A model generated the notes under the pieces. That model was not told the origin of the DNA and searched no databases. It saw only the letters and a program-made list of their open reading frames with translations. A stretch of 64,000 nt of DNA from an uncultured cyanobacterium (GTDB lineage Bacteria; Cyanobacteriota; Cyanobacteriia; Cyanobacteriales; Nostocaceae): the NCBI GenBank assembly GCA_963740315.1, contig CAVUDP010000004.1:576001-640000 (forward strand). The letters are read 5' to 3'. This document shows positions 52,265 to 62,579 of the stretch, one piece after another. Every line of letters starts with the position of its first letter. The stretch's first letter is position 1. Made by a program: the position numbers and the translations under genes.

Positions 52265-52665
52265 GTAGATATTTGTAGAGACGTGGCGATCGAACTGCGT
52301 CTCTAATGGTCTGTGTAAAAAATGCCGGGTGTGGGGAGAGGGGGGAGAAAAAACAATAGTTTTTAGGATACACCCATTACTTATTAATGGGACAGACCAC
52401 TAGTAGCCCTTTTTATTAGTTTTGATGGGTAAAAAGGTTCGTAGTAAGTGGCTCTAGCCCTCCAGACTTAGTACTAAAATCGGCACGTCGAACCAGTCAT
52501 ATTTAATGCAATCAACTGCTAGTGACAGCCAACTATAATCAAGCAAAATTAAGACCTACGCGATTTTACCAACGCGATCGCACAAGAGTTAAGACTACTG
52601 AACCACCGGAATTAATAGTTAATAGTTACGCAATCATGCCCCATGCCCCATGCCCAATTCCCTTT

Positions 52666-53007
52666 TCACACAGTTTGTTTAACAACTTCTTGAGTCACCA
52701 TAAATGGTTGCGCCGAATTTAATACAGCTTCTAATAATCCGGGAAATAATTCTTCTAAATCTTCAACCCGCAGAGTGTTGATATGCTGGGTTCCTTCTTT
52801 GCGCGTCAAGACTACTCCCGACTCCCGCAAAATTTTAAAGTGATTGGACATTGTTGACTTCGCGATCGCAAAATCAAAATCGCCACAGCATTGCTCTTTC
52901 TTCGTTGCTAACTGTCGCACGATCTCCAATCTAACAGGGTCCCCCAAGGCATAAAGCACTCCCGCTAAAGATATATTTTTTTGCTCTGGATGATAAAGAA
53001 ATCTCAT
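52666..53007 (-). CDS. rexT: ArsR/SmtB-family redox regulator, RexT-like
   Basis: ALGDPVRLEIV, vicinal CC and STMSNHFKILRESG; divergent from a thioredoxin gene. Confidence 0.75.
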   Translation of the reverse strand: MRFLYHPEQKNISLAGVLYALGDPVRLEIVRQLATKKEQCCGDFDFAIAKSTMSNHFKILRESGVVLTRKEGTQHINTLRVEDLEELFPGLLEAVLNSAQPFMVTQEVVKQTV

Positions 53008-53044
53008 TGTTGCAGGTTGTCTTAAAAAGGTCTATATTTTAATT

Positions 53045-53061
53045 ATTCGATATTATCGAAT
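53045..53061. promoter_or_regulatory. Palindromic operator between rexT and trxA
   Basis: ATTCGATA-T-TATCGAAT perfect inverted repeat. Confidence 0.7.
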
Positions 53062-53091
53062 TATAGAAATATTATTAATAGGAGGACAAGT

Positions 53092-53415
53092 ATGTCATCC
53101 ATTACGAATGTGACAGATGCCACCTTTAAGCAAGAAGTCCTCGAAAGCGAAGTTCCGGTGCTAGTAGATTTTTGGGCACCGTGGTGCGGTCCTTGTCGGA
53201 TGGTTGCTCCAGTGGTAGACGAGGTTGCTGGAGAATACGAAGGACAAGTAAAAGTGGTGAAGTTAAACACAGACCAAAATCCCACTGTTGCCAGTCATTA
53301 CGGTATTCGCAGTATTCCAACGCTGATAGTATTTAAAGGCGGTCGGCAAGTCGATACGGTTGTAGGTGCAGTACCAAAAACAACCTTGACTAAAACTTTA
53401 GCACAGTATCTCTGA
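53092..53415 (+). CDS. trxA: Thioredoxin (m-type)
   Basis: WAPWCGPC active site; AGGAGG RBS. Confidence 0.95.
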   Translation: MSSITNVTDATFKQEVLESEVPVLVDFWAPWCGPCRMVAPVVDEVAGEYEGQVKVVKLNTDQNPTVASHYGIRSIPTLIVFKGGRQVDTVVGAVPKTTLTKTLAQYL

Positions 53416-53925
53416 GCTAGGAAACAAAAGGGAAGGAACTGAAAATTGAAAAATTAAACCTAAAAACTGTTTTGATTTTTAGCTTCTTTCCTTTGACAAA
53501 TCTTGCAGCATTCGAGGGCAGGCACAAATAAACCGGGTTTCTCCAAACTGAAAACATTATTTTTTCGTTGTGTGATGTGCCTTCGTTCCCGGTTTATCGT
53601 CGGCGTGTATGTGTCTTCTTAGTAACATCCTTCATCCCTAAAACCTAATTCTTGTACCTTCTTCTCTGAATCGGAGCTTTGGTGTATACACAAGTTTTTT
53701 AAGGAAGGTTTCATAGCGTTTCGATCGGAACTAACCCCAGATGAATTAGGGGAAATCGCAGTTCAAGTCCCCCTTAAAAAGGGGGATTTAGGGGGATCTT
53801 ACGGTGTGTACGCGGTAGCTGAATCGGAGTGGTTCTATTTAAAACTGTTTCTTCTTGGAGAACAGAGGTTTGGGGAGGTGTAAAGATGATATGTTAAAGA
53901 GTTGCTGACGGCAGAATATAACATA

Positions 53926-54573
53926 ATGAAAGGTAAATTAATTGTCTTTGAAGGGGTAGAAGGTTGCGGTAAAACTACGCAAATACAGCTTTGTTATGAA
54001 TGGCTGCAAAATTTAAAGATACCCGTAGTAACAACTCGCGAACCGGGGGGAACTGAATTAGGATTGCATCTTCGCTCTTTGTTGTTGGAAAAACAATACG
54101 ACAAATTAATTAGCCCCACCACAGAATTACTGTTGTACGCCGCCGATCGCTCGCAACACGTAGAACAAGAACTACTTCCCAACTTGAAATCGGGAAAAAT
54201 TATATTGTGCGATCGCTACGTTGACTCGACGATTGCGTATCAAGGTTACGGTCGCAATTTAGACATAAACTTGATTCATCAACTTAACTTAATAGCTACA
54301 TCCGGACTGAAAAGCGATCTAAGTTTATGGTTAGACTTAGACATCGAACAAGGAATGGAACGTAAACGAAAAAACGGCGATAAAGCAGATAGAATCGAGC
54401 AAGAAAAAATCGACTTTCATCGTCGCGTTCAAAAAGGATACAAAGAATTATTAGGCAACTCTCCAGAACTAAATTTTAAAATAGAAGCTAGTTTGAATAA
54501 AGAAGACGTACAAAAACAAATTCAGCAAATATTAACTTCTAAATTAGAAGAATGGGGAGTTGTTAATCATTAG
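53926..54573 (+). CDS. tmk: Thymidylate kinase
   Basis: FEGVEGCGKTTQ, REPGG and CDRY.DST.AYQG. Confidence 0.95.
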   Translation: MKGKLIVFEGVEGCGKTTQIQLCYEWLQNLKIPVVTTREPGGTELGLHLRSLLLEKQYDKLISPTTELLLYAADRSQHVEQELLPNLKSGKIILCDRYVDSTIAYQGYGRNLDINLIHQLNLIATSGLKSDLSLWLDLDIEQGMERKRKNGDKADRIEQEKIDFHRRVQKGYKELLGNSPELNFKIEASLNKEDVQKQIQQILTSKLEEWGVVNH

Positions 54574-54616
54574 TTGTTAGTTGTTAGTTGTTAGTTGTTA
54601 GTTGTTAGTTGTTAGT
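54571..54616. repeat. STRR heptamer tandem repeat (TAGTTGT)x6
   Basis: Six perfect units plus a partial unit. Confidence 0.9.
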
Positions 54617-54664
54617 AGCTAATTTACAAGTATTCAATTATTACCAATTATCAATTCCGTAAAA

Positions 54665-55606
54665 ATGGATTCCTTTGCACCACTTATAGGACAAAGCCAA
54701 GCTGTAGAATTACTAAAACAAGCTGTCGCAAAAGATAGAATTGCGCCAGCATATTTATTCGTGGGTTCTCCTGGAGTGGGACGAAGTTTAACAGCGCGAT
54801 GTTTTTTAGAATTGCTGTTTACTCAAAATAAAAAAGATATCAACCTTATCCGCAGCAAGTTAGAAAAAGGAAACCATCCCGATTTACTTTGGGTACAGCC
54901 AACTTACCAACATCAAGGAAAGTTACTCAGTGCAACCGAGGCTGCCGAACAAAAATTAAAGCGTAAAGCACCGCCGATAATTCGCTTAGAACAAATTCGC
55001 CAAATTACCGAATTTCTGAGTCGTCCACCTTTAGAAGCGCCAAGAAATTTAGTAGTGTTGGAACAAGCCGAAACAATGGCAGAATCGGCAGCCAACGCTT
55101 TACTTAAAACTTTAGAAGAACCTGGAAAAGCAACGTTAATTTTGATTGCACCAACACCAGATTCTCTTTTAACAACATTAGTTTCCCGATGTCAAAAAAT
55201 TCCTTTTTACTGTTTGGATACAGCCGCAATGTCTCAAGTATTAGCATTATCTGGACATAGTGAAATATTAAATCATCCAACAGTATTGAGTATAGCAGCA
55301 GGTAGTCCGGGAAAAGCAATTGAAGCATACGAACAAATGCAAAAGATTCCCCTAGATTTATTGCGTTACTGTACTCAACCGCCTAAAACGTACCGCTCTG
55401 CATTAGAATTAGCAAAACAAATTGATAAAACTTTAGATAACGAAGCGCAGTTATGGTTAGTTGATTATTTACAACAGTCTTATTGGCATTGGCGGCAACC
55501 AAGCATTATTGAGCAGCTTGAAAAAAGCCGTAAAGCCTTACTTTGTTACGCGCAACCGCGCTTGGTATGGGAATGTATGTTTTTATCTTTAACTAATAAA
55601 TTGTAA
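54665..55606 (+). CDS. holB: DNA polymerase III subunit delta'
   Basis: AYLFVG, NHPDL, AANALLKTLEEP and TLVSRCQ; follows tmk. Confidence 0.93.
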   Translation: MDSFAPLIGQSQAVELLKQAVAKDRIAPAYLFVGSPGVGRSLTARCFLELLFTQNKKDINLIRSKLEKGNHPDLLWVQPTYQHQGKLLSATEAAEQKLKRKAPPIIRLEQIRQITEFLSRPPLEAPRNLVVLEQAETMAESAANALLKTLEEPGKATLILIAPTPDSLLTTLVSRCQKIPFYCLDTAAMSQVLALSGHSEILNHPTVLSIAAGSPGKAIEAYEQMQKIPLDLLRYCTQPPKTYRSALELAKQIDKTLDNEAQLWLVDYLQQSYWHWRQPSIIEQLEKSRKALLCYAQPRLVWECMFLSLTNKL

Positions 55607-55623
55607 TTAAGTAGGTGGTGGGC

Positions 55624-55757
55624 AGTAGTATTCTATTTCATTAATTTTAAGGGTTTGTAGTAAGGGCTTCAGCCCCCTCCGGATTCCGTAATATGAGGCG
55701 CTGAAGCGCTTACTACGAACCTTTTTACCCTGCAAAATTAATGTGGTGAAGTAGTAA
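55624..55757. mobile_element. MITE-like element related to the 31.4-31.8 kb units
   Basis: AGTAGTATTCTATTTCATTAATTTT.AGGGT...ACCCTGCAAAATTAATGTGGTGAAGTAGTA with an internal GTAGTAAG/CTTACTAC palindrome. Confidence 0.6.
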
Positions 55758-55848
55758 GAGTAGTAATGTTTATTTTTGCTAACTAACTTGATTCCTAATT
55801 CGTAATAGCGACATAATCCAAAATCTAAAATCTAAAATCCAAAATTGA

Positions 55849-56898
55849 ATGACTAATATTATAGTAATCGGTGCCGGAATGGCGGGTTTAGTTTGCGCTC
55901 AGCAGTTAACCCAAGCCGGATATTCGGTAAGAGTAATAGATAAATCTCGTGGAGTTGGCGGAAGAGTTGCTACAAGACGTTTACATGATACAAAAGCGGA
56001 TCATGGTGCGTGTTATCTCAAACCCAAAGGTGAAATTTTACAGCGTTTAGCAAAATTGCTGGTTTCAAAAGGGGATTTAGAAATTTGGACAGAAACCCTT
56101 CATATTCAAGATAACTTTTCATCTGCGATCGCTCATCCATCATCTCTTCCCTACATCGCAGCAGAAGGAATGAACGCTATAGCTAAATTTATGGCACAAG
56201 GATTAGAAATACATCGGGCACAACGTATTAATTCAATTACCCTTACGAACGAAAACAAATGGCATTTAACAAGCGAAACTAGCAGCGACGAATTTACAGC
56301 TTCATCCGTAGTCGTTGCCATTCCAGCCCCACAAGCCGTCATGCTATTAGAATCATCAGCAGAATTATTAAATAATGGTTTTATAGAAAAACTGCGTAGT
56401 GTTGAATTTTACCCGGCTTTAACCGTAATGGCTGGATATCCTGACTCATCCCAACAACCTGAATGGAAAGCAATTACATTTAAAGATAATCCCGTATTGG
56501 GATGGATTGGGTTAGATAGCAGCAAACGAAAAAATCCCACACAACCGCATTTTGTTATCCATAGCAGCGCTGACTTCGCAGAAAAATATTTTGAATCGGA
56601 ATTGCAACAAGTAGGAAAAAAAATATTAGAAAATGCCGCTTCTAATGTAAGTTTACCTTGGTTAAATAATCCCCAGTGGATGCAAGTACATCGCTGGCGA
56701 TATGCTTTTCCTAAAACACCATTAGAACAACCTTTTTTAGCAGCAGAAACATCATCACCCTTAGTATGTTGCGGAGATTGGTGTGGCGGAAATGCGATCG
56801 AAAGTGCAATGCTTTCCGGAATCGCCGCAGCAGAATATATTAACAGTAAGCTTCAACAGCGTAAATTACCCGGAATTGATTTTTTAAATGCTTTGTGA
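55849..56898 (+). CDS. Renalase-like FAD-dependent oxidoreductase
   Basis: IGAGMAG, DKSRGVGGRVATRR, HRWRYA and CGDW. Confidence 0.9.
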   Translation: MTNIIVIGAGMAGLVCAQQLTQAGYSVRVIDKSRGVGGRVATRRLHDTKADHGACYLKPKGEILQRLAKLLVSKGDLEIWTETLHIQDNFSSAIAHPSSLPYIAAEGMNAIAKFMAQGLEIHRAQRINSITLTNENKWHLTSETSSDEFTASSVVVAIPAPQAVMLLESSAELLNNGFIEKLRSVEFYPALTVMAGYPDSSQQPEWKAITFKDNPVLGWIGLDSSKRKNPTQPHFVIHSSADFAEKYFESELQQVGKKILENAASNVSLPWLNNPQWMQVHRWRYAFPKTPLEQPFLAAETSSPLVCCGDWCGGNAIESAMLSGIAAAEYINSKLQQRKLPGIDFLNAL

Positions 56899-56920
56899 TT
56901 ATCGATCTATACATTTATTT

Positions 56921-57103
56921 GTAGGGTGTGTTACGGCTTCGATATGTATTTAGGAAAAGAGAAATATAGCGAATGCCGTAACGCACCATTTAAATGAGAA
57001 TAATAATCCGAAATTGTAGTTTTTCACGAATCTCGGATGGTGCGTTAAACCTATAAAAATTGTCGTTAAGTTAATATACAGTCGTGGGTTTAACACACCC
57101 TAC
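56921..57103. mobile_element. 183-bp GTAG REP-doublet (REPIN/MITE-like) element, copy A
   Basis: Terminal IRs GTAGGGTGTGTTA/TAACACACCCTAC, with internal TAACGCACCA and TGGTGCGTTA arms. Confidence 0.75.
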
Positions 57104-57168
57104 AATTTGATTAATAAAACTCCTAACTCCTAACTATAAAGACGTAGCACTGCTACGTCTCTACACAT

Positions 57169-57501
57169 TTATTCGCTCGGATCGTGTCCCCAATTCATCA
57201 ACGAATAACGCCAAGGAGTATCTTCAATATCACCATCTGGTTTCTGTGCGGAATGACGATGAACGTAACTTACAACTTTTTTCATGTGAGATATATCATC
57301 ATCGGTATAATCGTCTTTTTTCTTTTCCAAAATCTCGATGATGTGCTTACCAGACTTATGCCCAATTGATTCATCATCACCATCCTTTTTTTGTCCAACC
57401 GATTTGGATTCCTCAGTTTTTAACCAAGATTCCAACTGTTTCGCCGTCATATTAACAGCATCATCAAACTCTTTTATAACCGTTTCTGTATCTTTACTCA
57501 T
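57169..57501 (-). CDS. DUF3140 domain protein
   Basis: VNMTA..LE.WL, ES.GH.SG..I and WRYSLMNWGHDP. Confidence 0.85.
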   Translation of the reverse strand: MSKDTETVIKEFDDAVNMTAKQLESWLKTEESKSVGQKKDGDDESIGHKSGKHIIEILEKKKDDYTDDDISHMKKVVSYVHRHSAQKPDGDIEDTPWRYSLMNWGHDPSE

Positions 57502-57513
57502 AAATCAAATGTA

Positions 57514-57729
57514 TTAGTCTTTAACTTTATCTAAAGACTCAGGTTTATGAGCCGCTTCTTTACCGCTTTTTTCGCTTTCAACTAAATATTCAGGATTATC
57601 TTTTGAAGCTGCAACGTGATGTCCTTTAATATCTGTTTCTGAAGTTAACTTCTTTTTTACTTCACCAGTTGTTTTTCCTTGGGAGGTATTCCACTGCACT
57701 TTATCGCCTTTTTTTAATTCGTCACTCAT
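57514..57729 (-). CDS. DUF2945 (Hva1/Tudor-like) protein
   Basis: GDKVQW...G...G, AS.DNPEY.VESEKSGK.A.HKP. Confidence 0.85.
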   Translation of the reverse strand: MSDELKKGDKVQWNTSQGKTTGEVKKKLTSETDIKGHHVAASKDNPEYLVESEKSGKEAAHKPESLDKVKD

Positions 57730-57871
57730 ATTGTTTATGCGATCGATATTTAATTCTTACATACATATTTTAAGTACGGAATAAAAAAAAATCATCACTC
57801 TACTGACATCATTCTTTAGATAGATGAAATATTAATGTAGAGACGTTGCACTGCAACGTCTCCTGCTGTTG

Positions 57872-58048
57872 GTAGGGTGTATTACGGCTTCGATATGTCG
57901 GGAAAAGAGAAATATAGCGTATGCCGAACGCACCATTTAAATGAGAACGATAATCCGAAATTGTATTTCACGAATCTCGGATGGTGCGTTAAACGGATAA
58001 AAATTGCCGTTTAAATTAATAAATAATCGTGCGTTTAAGACACCTTAC
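57872..58048. mobile_element. GTAG REP-doublet element, copy B (direct repeat of copy A)
   Basis: Colinear with 56921-57103 over its whole length. Confidence 0.75.
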
Positions 58049-58126
58049 AATCTAATTATACAAAAATATTACGTTATCCTACCAGACAAAAAGACGTAGC
58101 AGTGCTACGTCTCTACAGATTAATCG

Positions 58127-59731
58127 TTAAAAAACTTCCAAAGGTAAATGATGCAATCCTTTCATATTTGCTAAGATACTGGCGGCTTTTTCAATTAAAT
58201 CGACATTGCCATTTAAGACATCATTGGAAGTCATGTTGTGAAAATAATCGGGAATTACTCCAGAATCTTCTAAGGGTAAACCATTTTGATTTCCTACACG
58301 AATCGCACGTTTTACAGCCATTCTTATTTGTGCGTTTCTAGGTAAAGGAGAAAAACCTAAAGGATGGAATAGATCGTAATATTCCCAAACGTTAGCACCA
58401 CCCGCACCAGTACTTCCATTAGTACCAAGAATCGGTCCTATATTATTATCTTGGAATCCTGCGGCAAAAATATCTGTAGTACTATAACTCAAAGCATCGG
58501 TTATCAAAATTGCGGGACCTAAATATTTTCTTCCGTGTTGATTAATCTCATCAATATAATAAGAATGTCCGCCAATCGGATGTCCTGAAGAATAAACAGC
58601 ACCAGTATCTATCGATCGCTCAATCGAACTTTTCCAAGGCTCCGGCGCTATTTTTAAAGTTGTCGGTGTATTAATAAATTGAAATAATTCTGGTTGAATT
58701 TTATTAGCAGTAAATAGTTGCAGAATCATTTCAGCCGCTTCAATATATCCACCACTATTACCGCGAACATCTACGATTAAACCATCTCTAGGTAGCTGTT
58801 CTAAAACGCGAATCAAATCTTGAATAAATTTTTGTCTATCGTAAATCATAAAGCTGTGAATTCGGATATAGCCAAATTCTCCATGTGTCGTACTGCAAAT
58901 ACTCCATTGAAAATCAGTTTCATAAAATGTTTGATTGTCCTGTTTAGGAGTCGAAGCAAACAAACCTTTCTTTATTTTTTGTAGTTTTGCAGCTTCAAAA
59001 TCAACACCTAAAGAACCATAAGCTTTTAAATTAGGAACAGCGCGATCGCTTGCTTGAGCTTTAGTTTCCGGTAGATTCCATGTTTGCCATTGAAAACGAT
59101 GCTCGTAATGCTCTTGATTTGCTGTTAAATAAGAAATATATAGCCATTCTTCATCGGGAACCAAATATTTACTTCCCGATCGCAGTGTCATAGAATTTAA
59201 ACCATAAATTCTCCGCGTATTTTCATTACTTGCATAAGTTCGCATACCATTTAACTCAATCGCACGTTCAATTGGTACGCCATTCCAATGAGTGATTATC
59301 GCTCCTTTTTTTAAAGCTTCATGTTCAAAATCTTCATTGACATGAGAAACTATATAAAATCTTTGATTGTTTTCATAACACTCCTCGATGATGAAAGGCA
59401 AAATAAAATTGATAGATTGATAAGGCATCGGAGGCATATAAACTGTATGTAAGTCTCTAAGCTGTGTAAATATGCCAATAATTTCTCGCTGAAAATTAAG
59501 TTCGTTCATCTTCACCAAACGATGCTTCAGTAGCTTCAAACGTTGCACTGGATCGATCGCATTTCTGGCTCGTTTCAAAGGTAAATGAACGTATATATTC
59601 TCGATAAAAGTTAAAGCTTGATCGACAATTTCTTCCCTTTCTTCTCTAATCGATTGCTCAATAATTTGCTTCTTCTGTTCTTCCGTCAATCCCATTGAAG
59701 CGACTACATTATCCAAATTATAGTCAGCCAT
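58127..59731 (-). CDS. S41 family peptidase
   Basis: LRDLHT, GYIRIHSF, LIVDVRGNSGG, SYSTTDIFA and E.SGV.PD. Confidence 0.85.
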   Translation of the reverse strand: MADYNLDNVVASMGLTEEQKKQIIEQSIREEREEIVDQALTFIENIYVHLPLKRARNAIDPVQRLKLLKHRLVKMNELNFQREIIGIFTQLRDLHTVYMPPMPYQSINFILPFIIEECYENNQRFYIVSHVNEDFEHEALKKGAIITHWNGVPIERAIELNGMRTYASNENTRRIYGLNSMTLRSGSKYLVPDEEWLYISYLTANQEHYEHRFQWQTWNLPETKAQASDRAVPNLKAYGSLGVDFEAAKLQKIKKGLFASTPKQDNQTFYETDFQWSICSTTHGEFGYIRIHSFMIYDRQKFIQDLIRVLEQLPRDGLIVDVRGNSGGYIEAAEMILQLFTANKIQPELFQFINTPTTLKIAPEPWKSSIERSIDTGAVYSSGHPIGGHSYYIDEINQHGRKYLGPAILITDALSYSTTDIFAAGFQDNNIGPILGTNGSTGAGGANVWEYYDLFHPLGFSPLPRNAQIRMAVKRAIRVGNQNGLPLEDSGVIPDYFHNMTSNDVLNGNVDLIEKAASILANMKGLHHLPLEVF

Positions 59732-60192
59732 AGTTATTCAACTCCTTACAGATGTTAGAAAGAATACCGCTATTGTTACACAACCTGTTTTTTAAACGTG
59801 AAAATTTAAATATTATTACGGTTGCTTTCAAAGTTGCAACGTTGCGATCGCAGTTTTTTAATTTCTCTGGGGGTAGGATTTTCAGGTTAAATAGTAATTG
59901 CTTAAGATTAAGATATAGCCGTAACGCAACATTTTTGTACAATGTCTGTTTAATTACCTTAATTCGCCAAGTATTGCAAGTCCCCGTCTAATAGCATAAG
60001 TCCTCTAAAAGAAGACTAAAAAATAATATTACTTATCAAACTTATTATTAAGCCCTCCTTCAGGGGTTGAGGGGATATAAATTTAGGGATACTAATTTTC
60101 TCGTTGCGATCGCGTAAGTCCTAATTATTAAATAAGAACAAAAATACTATAAAATATCTTTATTCCCGAATAAATAATTTAATAATAATCAT

Positions 60193-62463
60193 ATGTATTC
60201 CGAATTGCTTCAACCCGGCGATTTGCAAGCTTTTCTCGATCGTCCAGAAAGTTTAATAAATCAAAGTTTAGAATTTCAACTTGCTGTAGCAAACTATCTG
60301 CAAACCCCATGTCAACTATTAAAAGTATTAGTTAATAATAGTGGTTATCCTCAAGTTGTAGAAGCTGCAAAACTACACGTTAACTTAGCGGGAGAAGTCG
60401 GGGAAAATTGGCGAAAAGTTGCAGAAATAGCGATTAAAAATGCACCGTTAGAACAAAACGATAAATTAGTTGCAGAATTATTAAAAATTGCACCAGTACC
60501 AGAATATTTGATAAGCGAATGGATACCGGGAGATCGATTAATAGAAGGTTTAGAAAATCCTTATTTACCGCAGACAGATAAAATTAAATTACTGGAAAGA
60601 TTGGCGGATTCAACAATAATTGAAGAGCGTTTGAAAGCAGCAGCACATAACGATACACCGAAGGAAACATTAGAAATATTAGCAGGAGATTTAGAATTAC
60701 CGATTCGGATTGCTGTTAAATATCGGGATGATGGTTTTGATGATTTGATTGAAGTAATTGAAAGTCAACATGAGGTAGCATCCGACTGGGAAACCCTACA
60801 AAGCGAGTTAATTAAATTAGCAGAAAGTAAATGGAGTTGGATACGTCAAGCAGTAGCGAGGAATTTTAATGCACCTGTGGAGGTTTTGGGGAAATTAGCG
60901 GGGGATGGAGAGGAGAGAGTTCAATTAGCAGTAGCGAGGAATTTAGCTGCACCTGGGGAAGTGTTGGATTTGTTGGTTAATCATGGTTTTGGGGAAGTGA
61001 CGCAGAGTATTGCGAAACATCCGAATGCTTCGGAAAATGCTTTGGTGAAGTTGCTTCCGAGGTATGAAGACTTTATCGAGGGAAGAATAAAACCGATTGA
61101 TAATCTACCTCAGCCATTAAAGTTCATTCAAAATCTTGATACACCCAGTTCAGTTTTAGAAAAAATTGATTTAAATGATTGTCTTTCTTCATGGAAAGAG
61201 AAATTAGCTAGACATCCAAATGTATCAAAAAAACTGTTAGAAAAACTTTCAGAAGAAAAATCTCCGGTGATACGTCTCGCTGTATTTCAAAATATAAAAA
61301 CACCTGAATATATTAGAAATCTAATTTTAGAAGAACTTTTAGATTTTAAAAACAAAAAATATAAATATGACAAGGAAAGTTATTTCATATATTTTAAAGA
61401 TATTTGGATAGGTTTAGCTAATTCTCAAACTACTCCCAGTGATGTTTTAACAAAATTAGCTTATAATATTTCTTATTCAAATTCTGTGCTTATTGCATTG
61501 CTTATTAATCATAATACGCCAGAAAATTTAAGACAAAAGCTTTTACAAACATTGCTTTCACTACCGGAGTCAGAAAAATCATATCCAGATTGGCAAATAT
61601 ATTTAGCTATTGCTTTTAATTCAAGTATTTCTGAAAATGAACAACTAGAATATTTAAACAAAGCTATAAATTTAAGTGATAAAGCTCAACTCATTTTAGC
61701 AAGACATCCTAAAGCTCCGGCTTATATTTTAGAGCAACTAGCAAATACTACTTACATAAATTACGTTGCCGAAAACCCAAATACTCCTGCTCATGTTTTA
61801 CGCAAATTAATTAAACATAGATGTGACAATGTACGTCAATGTGTAGTAAAAAATCCTTCAACTCCTCCAGATGCTTTAATTGAATTAATTCATCAATCGT
61901 ATTTTAAATTAGGTCATTTTGCATATCAAACTTACGAAGAATTAAGTACATTAGCTTATGAATATCCTAATTTTCCTAAAAAAGAATTATATAGCGTTTT
62001 ATTAGATAAAGAAATTTCAGAAGAAAATCAAAACTCTTTATCTTTAGGGTATATAGTAAGGAACCACAAAAATATTTCACAATTCAAAGATTACATATCC
62101 AAAAACAAAGATACACAAACTTATAATCATCGTAGTGTAAAGCCGGATATACGTCCAGAATATTGTTTGCCTAAAAAAATAAGTCCAACTTTAAAAGGAT
62201 TAACCCGTTTATATAATTCCGAAACTGATGATTTACCAACTTTGTTATCAGAATACGTTAAATCATCAGTACCTTTCGTCAGATATATCTCTTTAATCCA
62301 TCCTTTAATTCCAATTGAATTTCTACAGCAACATTCCCAATCTTTACTGTGGTGGGAACGATATGCGATTGCAACTAATTCTGCTACTCCTTTAAAAATC
62401 AGAGAAACATTAACAGAAGATTGTAATTGTATCGTTAAGGCTGCTGCTAAAGATAATTTATAG
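60193..62463 (+). CDS. Leucine-rich-variant/HEAT repeat protein
   Basis: Recurrent (R.AVA.NP.TP..L..L) repeats, and ERYAIATN..TP at the C-terminus. Confidence 0.8.
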   Translation: MYSELLQPGDLQAFLDRPESLINQSLEFQLAVANYLQTPCQLLKVLVNNSGYPQVVEAAKLHVNLAGEVGENWRKVAEIAIKNAPLEQNDKLVAELLKIAPVPEYLISEWIPGDRLIEGLENPYLPQTDKIKLLERLADSTIIEERLKAAAHNDTPKETLEILAGDLELPIRIAVKYRDDGFDDLIEVIESQHEVASDWETLQSELIKLAESKWSWIRQAVARNFNAPVEVLGKLAGDGEERVQLAVARNLAAPGEVLDLLVNHGFGEVTQSIAKHPNASENALVKLLPRYEDFIEGRIKPIDNLPQPLKFIQNLDTPSSVLEKIDLNDCLSSWKEKLARHPNVSKKLLEKLSEEKSPVIRLAVFQNIKTPEYIRNLILEELLDFKNKKYKYDKESYFIYFKDIWIGLANSQTTPSDVLTKLAYNISYSNSVLIALLINHNTPENLRQKLLQTLLSLPESEKSYPDWQIYLAIAFNSSISENEQLEYLNKAINLSDKAQLILARHPKAPAYILEQLANTTYINYVAENPNTPAHVLRKLIKHRCDNVRQCVVKNPSTPPDALIELIHQSYFKLGHFAYQTYEELSTLAYEYPNFPKKELYSVLLDKEISEENQNSLSLGYIVRNHKNISQFKDYISKNKDTQTYNHRSVKPDIRPEYCLPKKISPTLKGLTRLYNSETDDLPTLLSEYVKSSVPFVRYISLIHPLIPIEFLQQHSQSLLWWERYAIATNSATPLKIRETLTEDCNCIVKAAAKDNL

Positions 62464-62473
62464 ATTATTTTTT

Positions 62474-62543
62474 GTAGGATGTGTGACGCTTTCAAAAATT
62501 GGACTAAGTAACGAAATAATGATGTTTATAGCGTCACGCACCA
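62474..62543. repeat. Left GTAG REP half-element
   Basis: GTAGGATGTGTGACGCT...AGCGTCACGCACCA. Confidence 0.75.
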
Positions 62544-62579
62544 TTAATTAACTATAACAATATTTTACCTATTGATAAT

